A DNA stretch of 64,000 nt, taken from contig CAVTTL010000001.1 of the NCBI GenBank assembly GCA_963737635.1, positions 1,536,001-1,600,000 on the forward strand, in the 5' to 3' direction. Under the pieces are notes generated by a model. The model saw nothing but the letters and a program-made list of their open reading frames with translations, was not told the origin of the DNA and did not search any database. The stretch is from an uncultured Methanoregulaceae archaeon (GTDB lineage: Archaea; Halobacteriota; Methanomicrobia; Methanomicrobiales; Methanospirillaceae). Both the position numbers and the translations under genes were made by a program. Below, piece after piece: positions 12,031-24,103 of this stretch (its first letter is position 1; each line of letters opens with the position of its first letter).

Positions 12031-13751
12031 TTAAAGTCCGGTGAATTTCACATTCCCATTTACAAGAGCCGGGATGGTCGCGGGGAGTCTGTCAACTGCA
12101 ATCCGTACTTGGCTCATGCTGTCCCGGTCCCGGAGTGTGACTGTGCCGGTCTCTTTTGTCTCATAGTCTACTGTAACCGCGAACGGCGTGCCGATCTCAT
12201 CCTGCCGGCGATATCTGCGGCCAATCGCGCCGGAATCGTCGTATTCCGCGAGGATACCCTGTTTCTGGAGGGTAGCTGTGATCTCGTGGGAAATGGTGTC
12301 AAGACCGTCTCGGGCCATGAGCGGGAAGACTGCGACCTGCACAGGAGCGACTTTCGGGGAAAGCCGGAGCACCGGTACGTTTCTCGCCATCTGCAGTATC
12401 CTCATCATATGCCTGTTCAAGTACTGCATAGCACATTCGATCGATCCCGTATGAAGGTTCGATTACGTGGGGCACGATCTCCTCGCCCCTGATATCAACA
12501 GTCTCGTCCCGGATCTCGAAAAGATCAGGTGGTATGTGAATTGTCTCACCATCTACCGTTACATCTGCGCCATCAGCTGTCGGTGTCGCTGTTTCAAGGG
12601 CGGCAAAGATGATCTTTGCTTTTTGCCGGTATTGCTTACCGAGCACCCCCATATTCGGGATGATACGCCGGCGTTGGACCTTCTTTGGCGTATCGTACTG
12701 GATGAATACCGTCATAGCAGTACCGCTCTGCTGTGCGTGGGCATTGAGATCGTAATTTGTCCGGTCAGCTATCCCAACGGTCTCAACCCAGCCGAAGCGC
12801 TCCGAGTACACCTCTGCATCCCAACAATCGGTTGCATAGTGGGCCCGTTCATCGGGGAGGTGCTGGCGGAACCGGAGCCGGTCGGGTCGAATCCCCACCG
12901 TTACAAGCAGTTCGTGGGTGAGAGCAACATAGTAGGCTACATATTCATTTGCGATAATACCGCCATTCACCGCTTCGCACATCGTCATCTCCACCGCAGG
13001 CTCGCACTTCTGCTGATGGGTATACGTTAACAGGGGCATACGATAGTCCGCGTATCTCCGAAACATCGGATGATGGTTTTTTTCGGACGGGTGGACGAAG
13101 ATCTCAGCCTCCGCCTGGGTGAATTCACGGAGACGGATCATGCCCTGACGGGGTGAGATCTCGTTCCGGTAGGATTTGCCGATTTGCACTGCGCCGAAGG
13201 GAAGCTCGTCCCGGTAGAACCTGAGCAGCCGGGCAAAGTCTACAAACATGCCCTGTGCCGTCTCAGGCCCGGAGGTAACCGACTCTCTGGGACCCGGGAC
13301 CGATCGTCGTCGAAAACATCAGGTTAAAGTTGTAGACCTCAACGGTTTTGAGTTTCTCTCCGCAGGCAGGACATGTACATTCTGCTATTGCTGCGGCGAG
13401 GGTCTTGTTATTCATCATCGCCGCCCCGCTCACACCGCCGCCCTCTGCCACGTGATCTGCCCGCAGGTACTCCCTGCAGTGCGGGCACTGGCACATCTTG
13501 TCAGAGAACCCTTTAACATGGCCGGAAGCAATAAAGACCGCTTCCTGTGCAATCGTAGGGCACTCGATCTCGTAGTATCCCTCTTGAACAACGTAGAAAT
13601 GGCGCCAGATATTCTCGATGCGTCGTTTCATCATCGCGCCAAGCGGTCCGTAATCAATAAAGCCGGCCACCGCCCCATAACATTCCGAGGTGGGCCAGAT
13701 AAAACCCCGGCGCTTGGCCAGATCCATTACATTTTCGAAAACATCACTCAT
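12031..13751 (-). CDS. glyS: Glycyl-tRNA synthetase (alpha2 type), frameshifts at ~13268 and ~12373
   Basis: AKRRGF, DYGPLG, YLR[P]ETAQG, YRNEISPRQGMIRLREFTQAE, HVIEPSYGIDR, anticodon domain IGRRYRRQDEIGTP. Confidence 0.95.
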
Positions 13752-14006
13752 GCAGGATCCCTGGTACTTCGTCTCTTATACAGTTGCACGACTCCCGACA
13801 AAAAGGCTCGTGTCCGGTTCCTGTTTCCGTTCCTTTATTATAGCACATGCAGCTTTGTGCTGGTGTAAGAAGGTGACATCCTATTTCCGCGGGGATTCAT
13901 GCTATTGCGAAAATGCTATCCAGACTTAAATAAAAGGTTTCTGGTCAAAAGAACTGTAAAGATAGGATTAAATAGTTGACGAAGTATTGTATATCCTAAT
14001 CCCAAG

Positions 14007-14627
14007 ATGGGGTATCCAATGACGGAAGACAAACGAAAAACACAGTTGCTGGAACTTTTCAGCACCATGTCTGGTAAGACAAAGATTGTCGAGCCGATGA
14101 AAAATATTCATGGCACCCTTAGGGATAGCGATGCGATTGAACGTGAAGTAGCGCTGGTAATGCGGGAGATTATTGAACAGGGAATCTTCAAGACGTCGCT
14201 CAAACCGATCCAGCTTGCCAAGCTTGTTACCTCATTTTATGCAGGAAAAAACGACACAGAAATAGCCCGCGAGCTCGGCGATGAGAAGCTTAGTAAGACC
14301 GTGGCACGGGCACGGGTCAGGCTTAAGCTTTTCCGGGATCTTGATTTCAGGATGCCGTTTGACAAGGTAAAGATGGAAGAACTGGTTGCATCGGGAAAGA
14401 CCATGAAGGAAGTTTCTGATGAACTTGGAGTAAGCCCATCTACGCTTCGGGAATACCGGCACGTGATTGAAGAACAGGAAGACCCCACCATCGACCCCTA
14501 TATCCACCGGATCCGGGATGTCATGGAAGATCGCGATCTCTCCGAGCAGATGACCCGGAGCGCCACGGCAGATAACTTGGGCGAATCCATCGACATTACC
14601 GAAGCCGAAATGATCGATGTGACATAA
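14007..14627 (+). CDS. Hypothetical protein with two helix-turn-helix motifs
   Basis: NDTEIARELG...TVARARVRL and TMKEVSDELGVSPSTLREY. Confidence 0.75.
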   Translation: MGYPMTEDKRKTQLLELFSTMSGKTKIVEPMKNIHGTLRDSDAIEREVALVMREIIEQGIFKTSLKPIQLAKLVTSFYAGKNDTEIARELGDEKLSKTVARARVRLKLFRDLDFRMPFDKVKMEELVASGKTMKEVSDELGVSPSTLREYRHVIEEQEDPTIDPYIHRIRDVMEDRDLSEQMTRSATADNLGESIDITEAEMIDVT

Positions 14628-14721
14628 AAACCGTTTTTCATATCGGATACTTTTTTTAACTTCTCCCTCGTCACCGGTTTCTATAATAATATTCATCCCT
14701 GCATAATCCCCATCAGCATAT

Positions 14722-15390
14722 ATGCAGCTTACTTGGCTTGGTCATGCTTGTGTCCTCCTTACCGGTACGAAAAAAATCCTGATTGATCCGTTCGTTCCGG
14801 AGGGCAGTACTGCCCGGATGAACCCTGACCTTGTGCTTGTCACTCACGGACATTCTGACCATCTCGGTGAAACCGTCGCCCTCAAGAAAACGACAGTTTC
14901 TACCGGGGAGATTGCCCAGTATCTCGTATCAAAGGGAGTTCCCGCTGAGGGAATGAACATCGGAGGAACGATCAGTCTTGATGGTGTTACCGTCACCATG
15001 ACACCTGCATTGCATTCATCCCGGATCGATGATCCGACCACGGCAGTAAATCCGGGAATGGCCTCGGGTTTTGTCGTCACTATGGATGGTGTTTCGGTGT
15101 ACCATGCAGGTGATACAGCCCTTTTTTCCGATATGAAATTGATCGGTGATCTTTACCATCCCGATATCGCCCTTCTCCCCATTGGCGGGAGGTACACGAT
15201 GGGTCCCAGAGAGGCCATGATCGCGGCACAGTTGGTCGGGGCAAAGATCGTACTACCTATTCACTACAATACGTGGGAGAAGATCGCGGCAGACCCGGTG
15301 GCGTTCAAAACATCTATCGAACGGACAACAAATCTCGCGGTAAAGATCCTCCGGCCTGGCGAGAGCATTGAGATTACACCCCCATCATAA
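14722..15390 (+). CDS. Metallo-beta-lactamase fold hydrolase (UPF0173)
   Basis: LTWLGHA, THGHSDH, YHAGDT, LPIGG, PIHYNT. Confidence 0.92.
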   Translation: MQLTWLGHACVLLTGTKKILIDPFVPEGSTARMNPDLVLVTHGHSDHLGETVALKKTTVSTGEIAQYLVSKGVPAEGMNIGGTISLDGVTVTMTPALHSSRIDDPTTAVNPGMASGFVVTMDGVSVYHAGDTALFSDMKLIGDLYHPDIALLPIGGRYTMGPREAMIAAQLVGAKIVLPIHYNTWEKIAADPVAFKTSIERTTNLAVKILRPGESIEITPPS

Positions 15391-15536
15391 AGAATTCATC
15401 GTAACGAATGCGTCTCCTACAAATCCTCTCTTCAGGAAGGTCCAATCTTAGATTTTCCGTTGCCTGATCCCAGAATACCTGCTATGGGCATTTCAAGAGT
15501 TTTTTATGCCTTAAGTGAGAACTACACTCGATATAT

Positions 15537-17029
15537 ATGAAAGAACACCGGCCGCGGCATCAGGAGGTCGATCTCAGAACCATCGCATGGCACGCGATGG
15601 AAAAATACGGTTTTGAACCCCGGTTTTCCCCGCAGGTGATGGATGAGGTCAACGGGATGAAGGAGCGGACCTTCTCCACTATACCTAAGGACACCCGCGA
15701 CCTCCGCTCGCTCCTGTGGTCGTCCATAGACAACTACGACTCACAGGATCTTGATCAGCTGGAATACTGCGAGCGCAAACCCGACGGAACGACCCGGGTT
15801 ATGATCGCTATAGCTGATGTCGACTCCTATGTGGAAAAGCAATCTCCCACCGATGAATATGCGGCGCATAATGGGACATCTGTATATACAGGGATAGTCA
15901 CATTTCCTATGCTTCCCGATCGGCTCTCTCATGGGATCACCTCTCTTTTGCAGGGTAAAGATCGTCTTGCTGTTATCATTGAATTTTTGATAAAACGTGA
16001 TGGAAGTTTCATTCCGGGTGAAGTGTACCGGGCACTGGTATGCAATAAGGCAAAACTGGTGTACGAAAATGTGGGAGAGTGGCTGGAAGGCACCGGTCTC
16101 ATCCCGACCGGTATACAGGATATCACGGGCCTCGAAGAACAGATCCGGATCCAGAACGACGCAGCTCAGCTTCTGCGGAAATACCGCCGCGAACTGGGAG
16201 CGCTCGAATTTGACACCTTGGAGGCCGAGGTGGTTGTAGAAAACGGTGAGGTGCAGGGGCTCGTATCCCGAACACCTAATCCTGCACGGGCGTTAATCGA
16301 AGAATTCATGGTTGCGGCGAATGGAACAATGGTTGCCCGGCTGGGAGAAGCCGGGGTCCCCATGATCCAGAGAGTGGTAAAAACCCCAAAGAACTGGGCT
16401 GGGATCATACTTACGGCAGCGTCGCATGGGGAGACTCTGCCGGAGAAGCCGGATGCAAAAGCACTTGCGCAGTTCCTTACAAAAGAAAAAACTGCCGATC
16501 CTCTTCATTTCCCCGATCTTTCCCTTACCCTCATAAAACTGCTCGGACCCGGTGAATACACGATGCTTGAACCCGGCGCTACGCCGACCGGTCATTTTGC
16601 CCTTGCCGTCATCGATTATACCCATGCGACGGCACCGAACCGGCGCTACGTAGATATAATCAACCAGCGCCTGATAAAAGCCATCCTGACGGGGACTCCC
16701 GGACCCTATTCTTCCCGAGATCTTCTGGAACAGACTATATGGCTGACTGATCGCGAGAAAGCATCAAAGAAGGTCAAACGTTTCATGAGGAAGGCCGTTG
16801 CGGCTGTGCTACTAGAAGATTGTATTGGCAAAACGTTCGATGCCCTTGTAACCGGGGCAGCAGACAAAGGGACATATGTAAGACTCCTTACCCCCCAGCC
16901 GAAGGCCGGGTGGTCAAAGGGGAGCAGGGCCTTAGCGTTGGCCAGAAAGTGCGGGTTCGTCTCTTAAAAACCGACCCTTATAACGGCTTTATTGATTTTG
17001 AGTGCATCAGCCGGGAAAAAATGGTCTGA
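15537..17029 (+). CDS. RNB-domain exoribonuclease (RNase II/R family) with C-terminal S1 domain, frameshift in a C-run at ~16892
   Basis: [44 protein letters not shown]; S1 tail GQKVRVRLL in the other frame. Confidence 0.9.
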
Positions 17030-17118
17030 AAGAATCTATCGTCACCTTGTCCTCTTTTTAATTCTGTGACATTCCTGTTGATAAGGAGGGGAGGGAGACC
17101 TCTTTTGGCAGCAATTCC

Positions 17119-18691
17119 TTAAAGGTCTCTGCCTCTCGAGTATCGTTTGTCGCCGGATCTCCCTCTTCGGTGAAGCACCAGTGCAATGACCACAAGTACC
17201 ACGATCACGACGGCAATCAAAGGCAGCGTCCATGAAGGAGAAGTTCCTGAGGGTGCCGGGGTAGTAACAGCAGGCGCCTGAGTTTCCGTCGTCGTAGGCG
17301 TAATCGGTTGGGCTGAAGTTGTAACTTGGGTTGGCATGGTAGTTACAAAAGTCGGCGAAACAATCATGTAGCTCGGCACGGTCGTGGTATTGCTGCCGCC
17401 GGAATTTGTTGCGGTCAGGCTGACCGTGTACGTGCCACTTTGGGTGTAAATATGTATGGGGTTCTGTTCGTTACTTTGGGTTCCGTCGCCAAAGAACCAC
17501 TGCCAGATGTCCGGAGAATTGGTCGAGGTGTCCCTGAACTGGACGGTCAGCGGAACAGTTCCCGATTGAATATCTGAGCTGAAAGGAGCTAACCGGTGGG
17601 GATTGGGCATTGGTCACCGTAATATATGCCGGCATGGTTGTGATGTTACTTCCTGCACTGTTCGAAACGCCAAGCGAGACAACGTAGGATCCGACACCGG
17701 TGAACGTATGTACCGGGTTTTGACTGTTGGCTGTGTCGCCATCACCAAAGGTCCAGTACCATCCGGTAGGGGTGTTGTTGGAGGTATCGGTGAACTGGAC
17801 ACTCAATGGATTTGAACCAGAAGTTACGTTTGAGGTAAATGATGCAAGGGGAATCGCGGCGTTCACGGTAATATATCCCGGCTGGGTTATTGTGTTGCTG
17901 CCCATATCGTTGGATGCAGTGAGGGTGACTGCATAGTTTCCTGCCGCCGTGTAGGTATGTACCGGATCCTGAAGTGTGGATGTTGCCCCGTCTCCAAAAG
18001 ACCAGACCCATGAAATTGGGGAATTGGTTGAGGCATCAACGAATTGAACTGTGAGTGGTTCATATCCTGATGTTACTGTGGATTTAAACAATGCAGTCGG
18101 GATCATCGTCACTTGGGTTGCGGTAATATAGTTATTCAGAGATGTGGTATTACTCCCCGCTGAGTTTGTAGCCGTAAGCGTGACAGTGTACAGGCCTTGG
18201 GTCGTATAGGTATGTATGGGTTCGGGACTCGTAGACGTTCCTCCGTCCCCGAAGGACCAGACCCATGAACTTGGAGAGTTGGTCGAAGAATCGAGGAATT
18301 GAACGGAGAGCGGCACTATTCCCGAGGTGATATTCGCCATGAATGAGACGACTGGCACCGATGTCGCCTTTGTTACGGATATATATCCTGACTCAGTGAC
18401 TGTGTTACTGCCCGCCGAATTTGTTGCAATAAGCGTAACCGTGTAGGCCCCGGCAGTCGTGTAGGTATGCGTTGGATTCTGACTCGTGGAAATACCGCCG
18501 TCACCAAATAACCAGGTCCATGAAGTTGGCGTGTTCAGAGAGGAGTCCACGAATTGTACAGTAAGCGGGACGGTTCCAGAGCTAGTATTCGATATAAACG
18601 ATGCCTCAGGTACAGCTCCCAAGACCGGGCTAATGAGAATCGCACCAGAAACAAGGATAAGAAATAGCCAGACCACAGATTTTGTTTTCAT
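17119..18691 (-). CDS. Cell-surface protein with 5 PKD domains and a C-terminal TM anchor, frameshift at ~17583
   Basis: Signal peptide, five WxWxFGDG...HTY repeats, Thr/Pro linker, TM helix followed by a basic tail. Confidence 0.9.
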
Positions 18692-18854
18692 ATCGAATCA
18701 TCCGGTTTTTTTCGATAAGGATGCGATGAGGCATTCCTGCGAGATATATGCCCTCTCGTTCCTTTATAACAATGCTTTTATCCCTTCCTATTAATGCTTG
18801 CTCTATTGGTTATGATACTGGATGGTTTCTTTATTTTCCTTGGATTTTAGGAAT

Positions 18855-19652
18855 TTATTTCATATACACCGCACTTTCTACGAGTTTTTTCCAGTAGTTA
18901 TCACAGTCCTCTTTACAATACCCCCCCGCTATTATCTGGTCCGGGTCGAATTGAGATAATGCAAGACCGATTCCTCCGTTGTTGGGCTCCATGATGATCC
19001 ATTGGTGAATATTATACATTTCTGAAAGATCGATTGCCATTTCAAGGTTTTTTGTACTAACCGCTATCCGACGCTGGTATTCCATAAGCGGCATAAAATC
19101 CTTTTTCTTTGGTGCCGGTGCAAAAAAGAAGACTTTCTTCCCTGCAAGTATTGAAATTTCCTGCTCGTCGACTGTATCGCAGATAAGCACATGTCCCCCG
19201 ATGCCCGCGTCTCGCATTTCCCGCATTATGGTACGGTACGCCGCTGTGATCGCATCGGACCACTCACCGGAGTCACCATAATAGTCGTCCGTGAAACCGA
19301 GGGACTGGGGGGCCGGGAGAGCACACCACACGTCTTTTTTCTGCGTAGCAAGCAGGATAGCATCCTCAATCAACGTACTGGTATCTACATGGATCTCCCC
19401 GATAACTGTGTCCCGGTTTGCATTTAAACCGATGAGACTTTCGCGAACCCGTTCATGATAGAAGAGACCGCCCGCACAAGGAACAGTGATACCGGCTGAA
19501 AGTTCTTGTGCAAGCAACACGTCGAGCCAATACGCACGAAGATCTACTGCAATTCCCCGGTGATCTGCCACCCAACCGGCAAGCGTGGCAAGATCCGGTA
19601 TGCCGGGTTCACCGCCGAGCGCCTGAGTTGTAAGAGACATCACCTTTTGCAT
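18855..19652 (-). CDS. Hypothetical protein, possibly a degenerate MetE/URO-D-like TIM barrel
   Basis: 265 aa ORF; ALPAP...DDYY...AYRTIMREMRDAGIGGHVL resembles the methionine-synthase barrel. Confidence 0.6.
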   Translation of the reverse strand: MQKVMSLTTQALGGEPGIPDLATLAGWVADHRGIAVDLRAYWLDVLLAQELSAGITVPCAGGLFYHERVRESLIGLNANRDTVIGEIHVDTSTLIEDAILLATQKKDVWCALPAPQSLGFTDDYYGDSGEWSDAITAAYRTIMREMRDAGIGGHVLICDTVDEQEISILAGKKVFFFAPAPKKKDFMPLMEYQRRIAVSTKNLEMAIDLSEMYNIHQWIIMEPNNGGIGLALSQFDPDQIIAGGYCKEDCDNYWKKLVESAVYMK

Positions 19653-19694
19653 GGTACATGAATTATTACGTATTGCATGCTAAAAAGTACCTGA

Positions 19695-21683
19695 ATGACT
19701 CAACCTCCGCTGCTGGTCACTTGCGGGCTCCCCTACACAAACGGGCCCTGTCATCTCGGGCATCTGCGCACGTACGTCCCCGCCGACTGTTACGTTCGCT
19801 ATATGCGGCGGACGGGTAAAGAAGTCGTGTTTGTATCGGGATCGGACAACCATGGGACGCCCATCGTGGTTTCTGCTGAAGAGAAGGGGATTTCCCCCCG
19901 TGCACTTTCCGAGCAATACCACCGGCATTTCGATGAGACGTTTAAAAGGATCGGCGTTAATTTCGATTATTTTGGGATGACCGATGCCCCGGTTAATCAT
20001 CGCCGGACCCAGGAGATCGTCAAGCGTCTGGAAAAAAACGGATATGTATATAAACAAATCGTCCATCAGGCGTATTGCCCGAAGTGCAGGCGGTTCCTCC
20101 CGGATCGTTATGTCGAGGGCACCTGCCCCTACTGCGGCAAACAGGCTCGTGGGGACGAGTGTGATCAAGGCTGTGGGAAACATCTCGAACCAGGGGAGAT
20201 CAAAGATCCGGTATGCAAAGTCTGTGGAACACAAGCCGAGTTCCGGGATCAGGAACATTTTTTCTTCAGGCTATCCGCATTCAGGGAGTATCTCCTCCAG
20301 TTTCTTGACCGGCTCCACGGCACCAGCAACGCAAAAAACTATGCCCTCGGTTGGATCAGGGATGAATTACACGACTGGTGTATCACCCGCACCCTTGAGT
20401 GGGGCGTGAAGTTCCCCGGTCGCGATGATCTCGTTGTATACGTCTGGGTTGATGCTCCGATTGGTTACATTGCATTCACTGAAGAGTGGGCAGCAAGGAC
20501 CGGCAAAAACTGGAAGGAATACTGGTGCGGGGATAACCGCGTCACCCATTTCATTGGTGGGGATATCATCTATCACCATTGCATTTTCTGGCCGGGCCTC
20601 CTGAAAGGTGCCGGATACGGTGAACCGTATGCGGTAGTCGCAAGCGGGATGGTTAAAGTAGATGACCATAAGTTCTCCAAATCCCGGGGTTATGTAGTCT
20701 GGACCAACGAAGATTACCTTGATAAAGGTCTTCCTGCAGATTACCTCAGATATTATCTGCTCGCATACACGAGTCATACCAAGGAACTCAACTTTTCATG
20801 GAAGGTATTTGGAGAAAGGATTAATAATGAAGTTGTTAATATTCTTGGCAACTTCATGTATCGCACGCTCTTTTTTGCGTATAAGGAGTTTGGAGGTATA
20901 CCTGCCGGGGCAGTTGATCCGGTTACCTCTGTTGAAATCGAAAAATGCCTGGTGGACGTAGATCGCCAGATGAAGGAATATGAGTTCAAGAGTGCAGTCG
21001 ATACAATTATGACGCTCGCGGCTTTCGGGAATTCGTATATCCAGACCAATGAGCCGTGGAAATTGATCAAAACCGACCGTACTGCAGCGGCGCAGGTAAT
21101 GAAAAACAGCATCCAGATTGTAAAAGCTCTGGCACTTCTGATTGAGCCGGTAATGCCATCAAAGGCACAGGAATGCTGGGCGCAGCTTGGATATTCTGAC
21201 TTGATTGCAACCCATAGAATTGATGAGGCAACTTGCACGATCACCGAAAAAGACCTTGCAGCACCGGCTCCATTGTTTGGCCGGCTTGAGGAAAACCAGA
21301 TAACCGAGCTGGACGCAGTGCTCCAGCAGCGTGTTATGGAGGCGAATAAAAAAATGGAGAAGGCACCGTCGATTTCGATCGAGGATTTCAATAAGGTTGA
21401 GATGATGACCGGGAAAGTGCTCGCGGCCGAGGCAATTCCAAAGTCAAGCAAACTCCTGAAACTCAGAGTGGACACCGGGGGAGAAATTCGGCAGATCGTG
21501 AGCGGTATCGCGCAGTTCTATAAACCCGAAGAGCTGGTAGGAAAAAATGTTGTCGTTCTCACAAATCTGGCACCAGCAAAAATCTTTGGCGTGGAGAGTA
21601 ATGGCATGATCCTCGCAGCCGGTGATGCAGCATCACTTCTGGTACCGGAGAAATCGGTTGAACCCGGGACAAAGATTCGTTAA
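19695..21683 (+). CDS. metG: Methionyl-tRNA synthetase
   Basis: [12 protein letters not shown], Zn knuckles, [16 protein letters not shown]-terminal tRNA-binding (Trbp111-like) domain. Confidence 0.98.
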   Translation: MTQPPLLVTCGLPYTNGPCHLGHLRTYVPADCYVRYMRRTGKEVVFVSGSDNHGTPIVVSAEEKGISPRALSEQYHRHFDETFKRIGVNFDYFGMTDAPVNHRRTQEIVKRLEKNGYVYKQIVHQAYCPKCRRFLPDRYVEGTCPYCGKQARGDECDQGCGKHLEPGEIKDPVCKVCGTQAEFRDQEHFFFRLSAFREYLLQFLDRLHGTSNAKNYALGWIRDELHDWCITRTLEWGVKFPGRDDLVVYVWVDAPIGYIAFTEEWAARTGKNWKEYWCGDNRVTHFIGGDIIYHHCIFWPGLLKGAGYGEPYAVVASGMVKVDDHKFSKSRGYVVWTNEDYLDKGLPADYLRYYLLAYTSHTKELNFSWKVFGERINNEVVNILGNFMYRTLFFAYKEFGGIPAGAVDPVTSVEIEKCLVDVDRQMKEYEFKSAVDTIMTLAAFGNSYIQTNEPWKLIKTDRTAAAQVMKNSIQIVKALALLIEPVMPSKAQECWAQLGYSDLIATHRIDEATCTITEKDLAAPAPLFGRLEENQITELDAVLQQRVMEANKKMEKAPSISIEDFNKVEMMTGKVLAAEAIPKSSKLLKLRVDTGGEIRQIVSGIAQFYKPEELVGKNVVVLTNLAPAKIFGVESNGMILAAGDAASLLVPEKSVEPGTKIR

Positions 21684-21749
21684 ATCTTTTTTCAGCTGAC
21701 TGTCGAAGCCTTTTGACTGGTACGAGGAAAAGCGACGCGCCGGATCCAG

Positions 21750-23900
21750 TTATTTCAACCCCTTATATCTCCCTTTAGGCACCACAATTTCAAAGCGCAA
21801 TCCGTGTCCGCGCTCCCCTGTTTCTGTGATGATGATGCCGGTAAAGCCGAGCAGCTCGCGGATCAAGAAGAGACCGACAATATTTTCGTGGCTGTATTCA
21901 ACTTCAAAGATGTGCTCTTTCTCGCCCACCGGCAGACCTGAACTGTCATCCTCATAGATCAACGTAAGATTCCCGTTGTCCTGTCGGGCAGTCATCCGAA
22001 TTGTCGAAAGTGCCGGTCCGCCAAGACGGAATGAAAGGGACAGGAGGCTAAAGAAGATTCGGGGGAGTAAAGGATCGGCCAAGATCTCTATTTCACCGAC
22101 TCCGGCGCTGATATCAACCGTATGTTCGGGAAGCATCTGGATCGCTTCTGCAAATACCTGATTCACTGACTGCCATCTGGGTGAGATGACACCGGGGTCC
22201 TGGAGGGCACGTTCGAACGCGATCCGGTTCTTTATGGATTCTACCGATCCAATGGTCTTGTCAAAGAACATCTGCATCGCTTCGTGAGTGGTTTTCAGCT
22301 GGGCCCTTTCAAGGTAAGTCATGATGATCGCCAGCTGATCGAGGATATCACTTCGCGTAATGCTGAATATCAGGTCCTTTTTGAGTGTGATCGCTTCATC
22401 TGTCACGTCATCTGCAATACCGAGCATGTATCGTACGGATTTCTTCGAATCATAGATCGGTACGATAATCATATGGATCACACGCTTTTCGCCTTTTTTT
22501 GACGTGATCTTCTTATATTTGATCTCTACGCGTGACGCGAGCGCTTCCGCATCCTCTCTTTTAATCTGTGCGGCCATTGTTGGCGGGAATATTTCTTCAT
22601 CGGTTTTTCCAATTACATCCCTTGCCGGTCGCTCGAAGATTTCCTCACTCGCCCGGTTCCAGAAGATGTAGGTTTCGGTATCTGTCTTTTTAAGAAAAAT
22701 CCCCACGGGTATTTGATCTATGAGATCCCTGTGGAATATTTCTTCATCATTGATCCTCTTTGTTGCGGATTTAAGGGAATCCACCATTCTGTTGATACTC
22801 TTTTCAAGGATCATAAATTCCCGGGCATCTGTGGTGCCGATGCGGTGGTCAAAATCCCCGCCTGAAATAACATCCGCGTCATGGGCTATGTTTTCTATTG
22901 GTTGAGTCATACGGCGGGAAAGTACAAAGGCAAGGATGCATCCAATCCCAAGGGCACATATGCCGAATACGAGATGGATGAAGACAAGGTGATTAAGTTC
23001 ATCCTGAACCCGCCCAGTGTCATACGTGATCATTACAATTCTACTCATGTCGGAGCCATACTGGGGATTATAGAGATCGACAAAAAGATACCGCGTTTCC
23101 GTGTGATTTGTCGGGTCATCTTTTTCCATGCTCGTCCGGCTTGTAATTACCTGCGCGAGAATTGTTTCTGTACTATTGTCCGGCAGGCTGTCATCATTAG
23201 TGTCATGGCCCATCGTGTCAAAGATGCTATAGTGATTAATAAAGGGGTTAAAGGAAACAAACCTACCAATGTTGTCTCTATCATCAAGCCTGAGGTTAGT
23301 AGAATTGAAAGAAGGTGGAGAATATCCAAGTTCCATCACATATTGGTGATCCGGTGTTGACTCGTAGGCATACTTTCGGAATTTGCCTGTATTTGGTATC
23401 TCCCTTACAACACGATCGGGGAAGAAACCTTGCGATAACCTGACCTTTGTCAGGTATGTGTAAAAATAGGGGATGTTCCGGAAATCTTCCCCTTTTTCCG
23501 GAGGATAGGTCGTATAAACAATGACTCCGGATTTATTGATTATATAAATATCATAACCTTCTCCCAGCGACTCTTTCACCTTTGTCAGGTTCATATCTGC
23601 CGGGTTTTCCCCGGAACTGTTGTATTCGGTAAAGAGCGTACCAAAACCGCCCATCATCTGTCGGTTGAGCTGATCATCCAGAATCGTGGTTGCCAGATCA
23701 TCCAGTCGTAATGCTGCAGTGACGCTGTCTTCTGTCTGATTTTGAAAGACTGTAAATTCAGAGTCGATGTTGTTTTTGAGATTAATATAATCGTAGACCG
23801 TCATGAGGCTGACAAGAAAAATGACTAGGATGATCATGGAAATGAGGAGCGATTGGGAAAAAGAGCGGTTTGTTGCAGGAGTCGGTTTTCCGGGTTCCAT
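21750..23900 (-). CDS. Membrane sensor (extracellular domain-TM-HAMP-PAS) with degenerate histidine kinase domain
   Basis: Two TM helices, HAMP (MTQPIENI...GDFDHRI), PAS, H-box ITRSDILDQ lacking His. Confidence 0.85.
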   Translation of the reverse strand: MEPGKPTPATNRSFSQSLLISMIILVIFLVSLMTVYDYINLKNNIDSEFTVFQNQTEDSVTAALRLDDLATTILDDQLNRQMMGGFGTLFTEYNSSGENPADMNLTKVKESLGEGYDIYIINKSGVIVYTTYPPEKGEDFRNIPYFYTYLTKVRLSQGFFPDRVVREIPNTGKFRKYAYESTPDHQYVMELGYSPPSFNSTNLRLDDRDNIGRFVSFNPFINHYSIFDTMGHDTNDDSLPDNSTETILAQVITSRTSMEKDDPTNHTETRYLFVDLYNPQYGSDMSRIVMITYDTGRVQDELNHLVFIHLVFGICALGIGCILAFVLSRRMTQPIENIAHDADVISGGDFDHRIGTTDAREFMILEKSINRMVDSLKSATKRINDEEIFHRDLIDQIPVGIFLKKTDTETYIFWNRASEEIFERPARDVIGKTDEEIFPPTMAAQIKREDAEALASRVEIKYKKITSKKGEKRVIHMIIVPIYDSKKSVRYMLGIADDVTDEAITLKKDLIFSITRSDILDQLAIIMTYLERAQLKTTHEAMQMFFDKTIGSVESIKNRIAFERALQDPGVISPRWQSVNQVFAEAIQMLPEHTVDISAGVGEIEILADPLLPRIFFSLLSLSFRLGGPALSTIRMTARQDNGNLTLIYEDDSSGLPVGEKEHIFEVEYSHENIVGLFLIRELLGFTGIIITETGERGHGLRFEIVVPKGRYKGLK

Positions 23901-24103
23901 GGATGTCGTCCTGGAGGCAGGGATTCGTAATCTGAAAAGGTATCAATAAATGAATCGCTCATCAGATGTGATAAAGATACGTAATTGATATTTCGGGACC
24001 GGAGGATTAAAGTAAAAAGGGGCAATCCCTTACTTACTGCAAAAAATTCAAGCCTTTGAGGTCGGGATGGTACTAAATTATTGATGGATACATATCAGGA
24101 TAA

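Noticed and set aside
12031-13751. glyS (and other split genes) as pseudogenes or programmed frameshifts
   Set aside because: glyS is essential, its motifs are intact, there are no slippery heptamers, and indels are spread across the window at recurring motifs.
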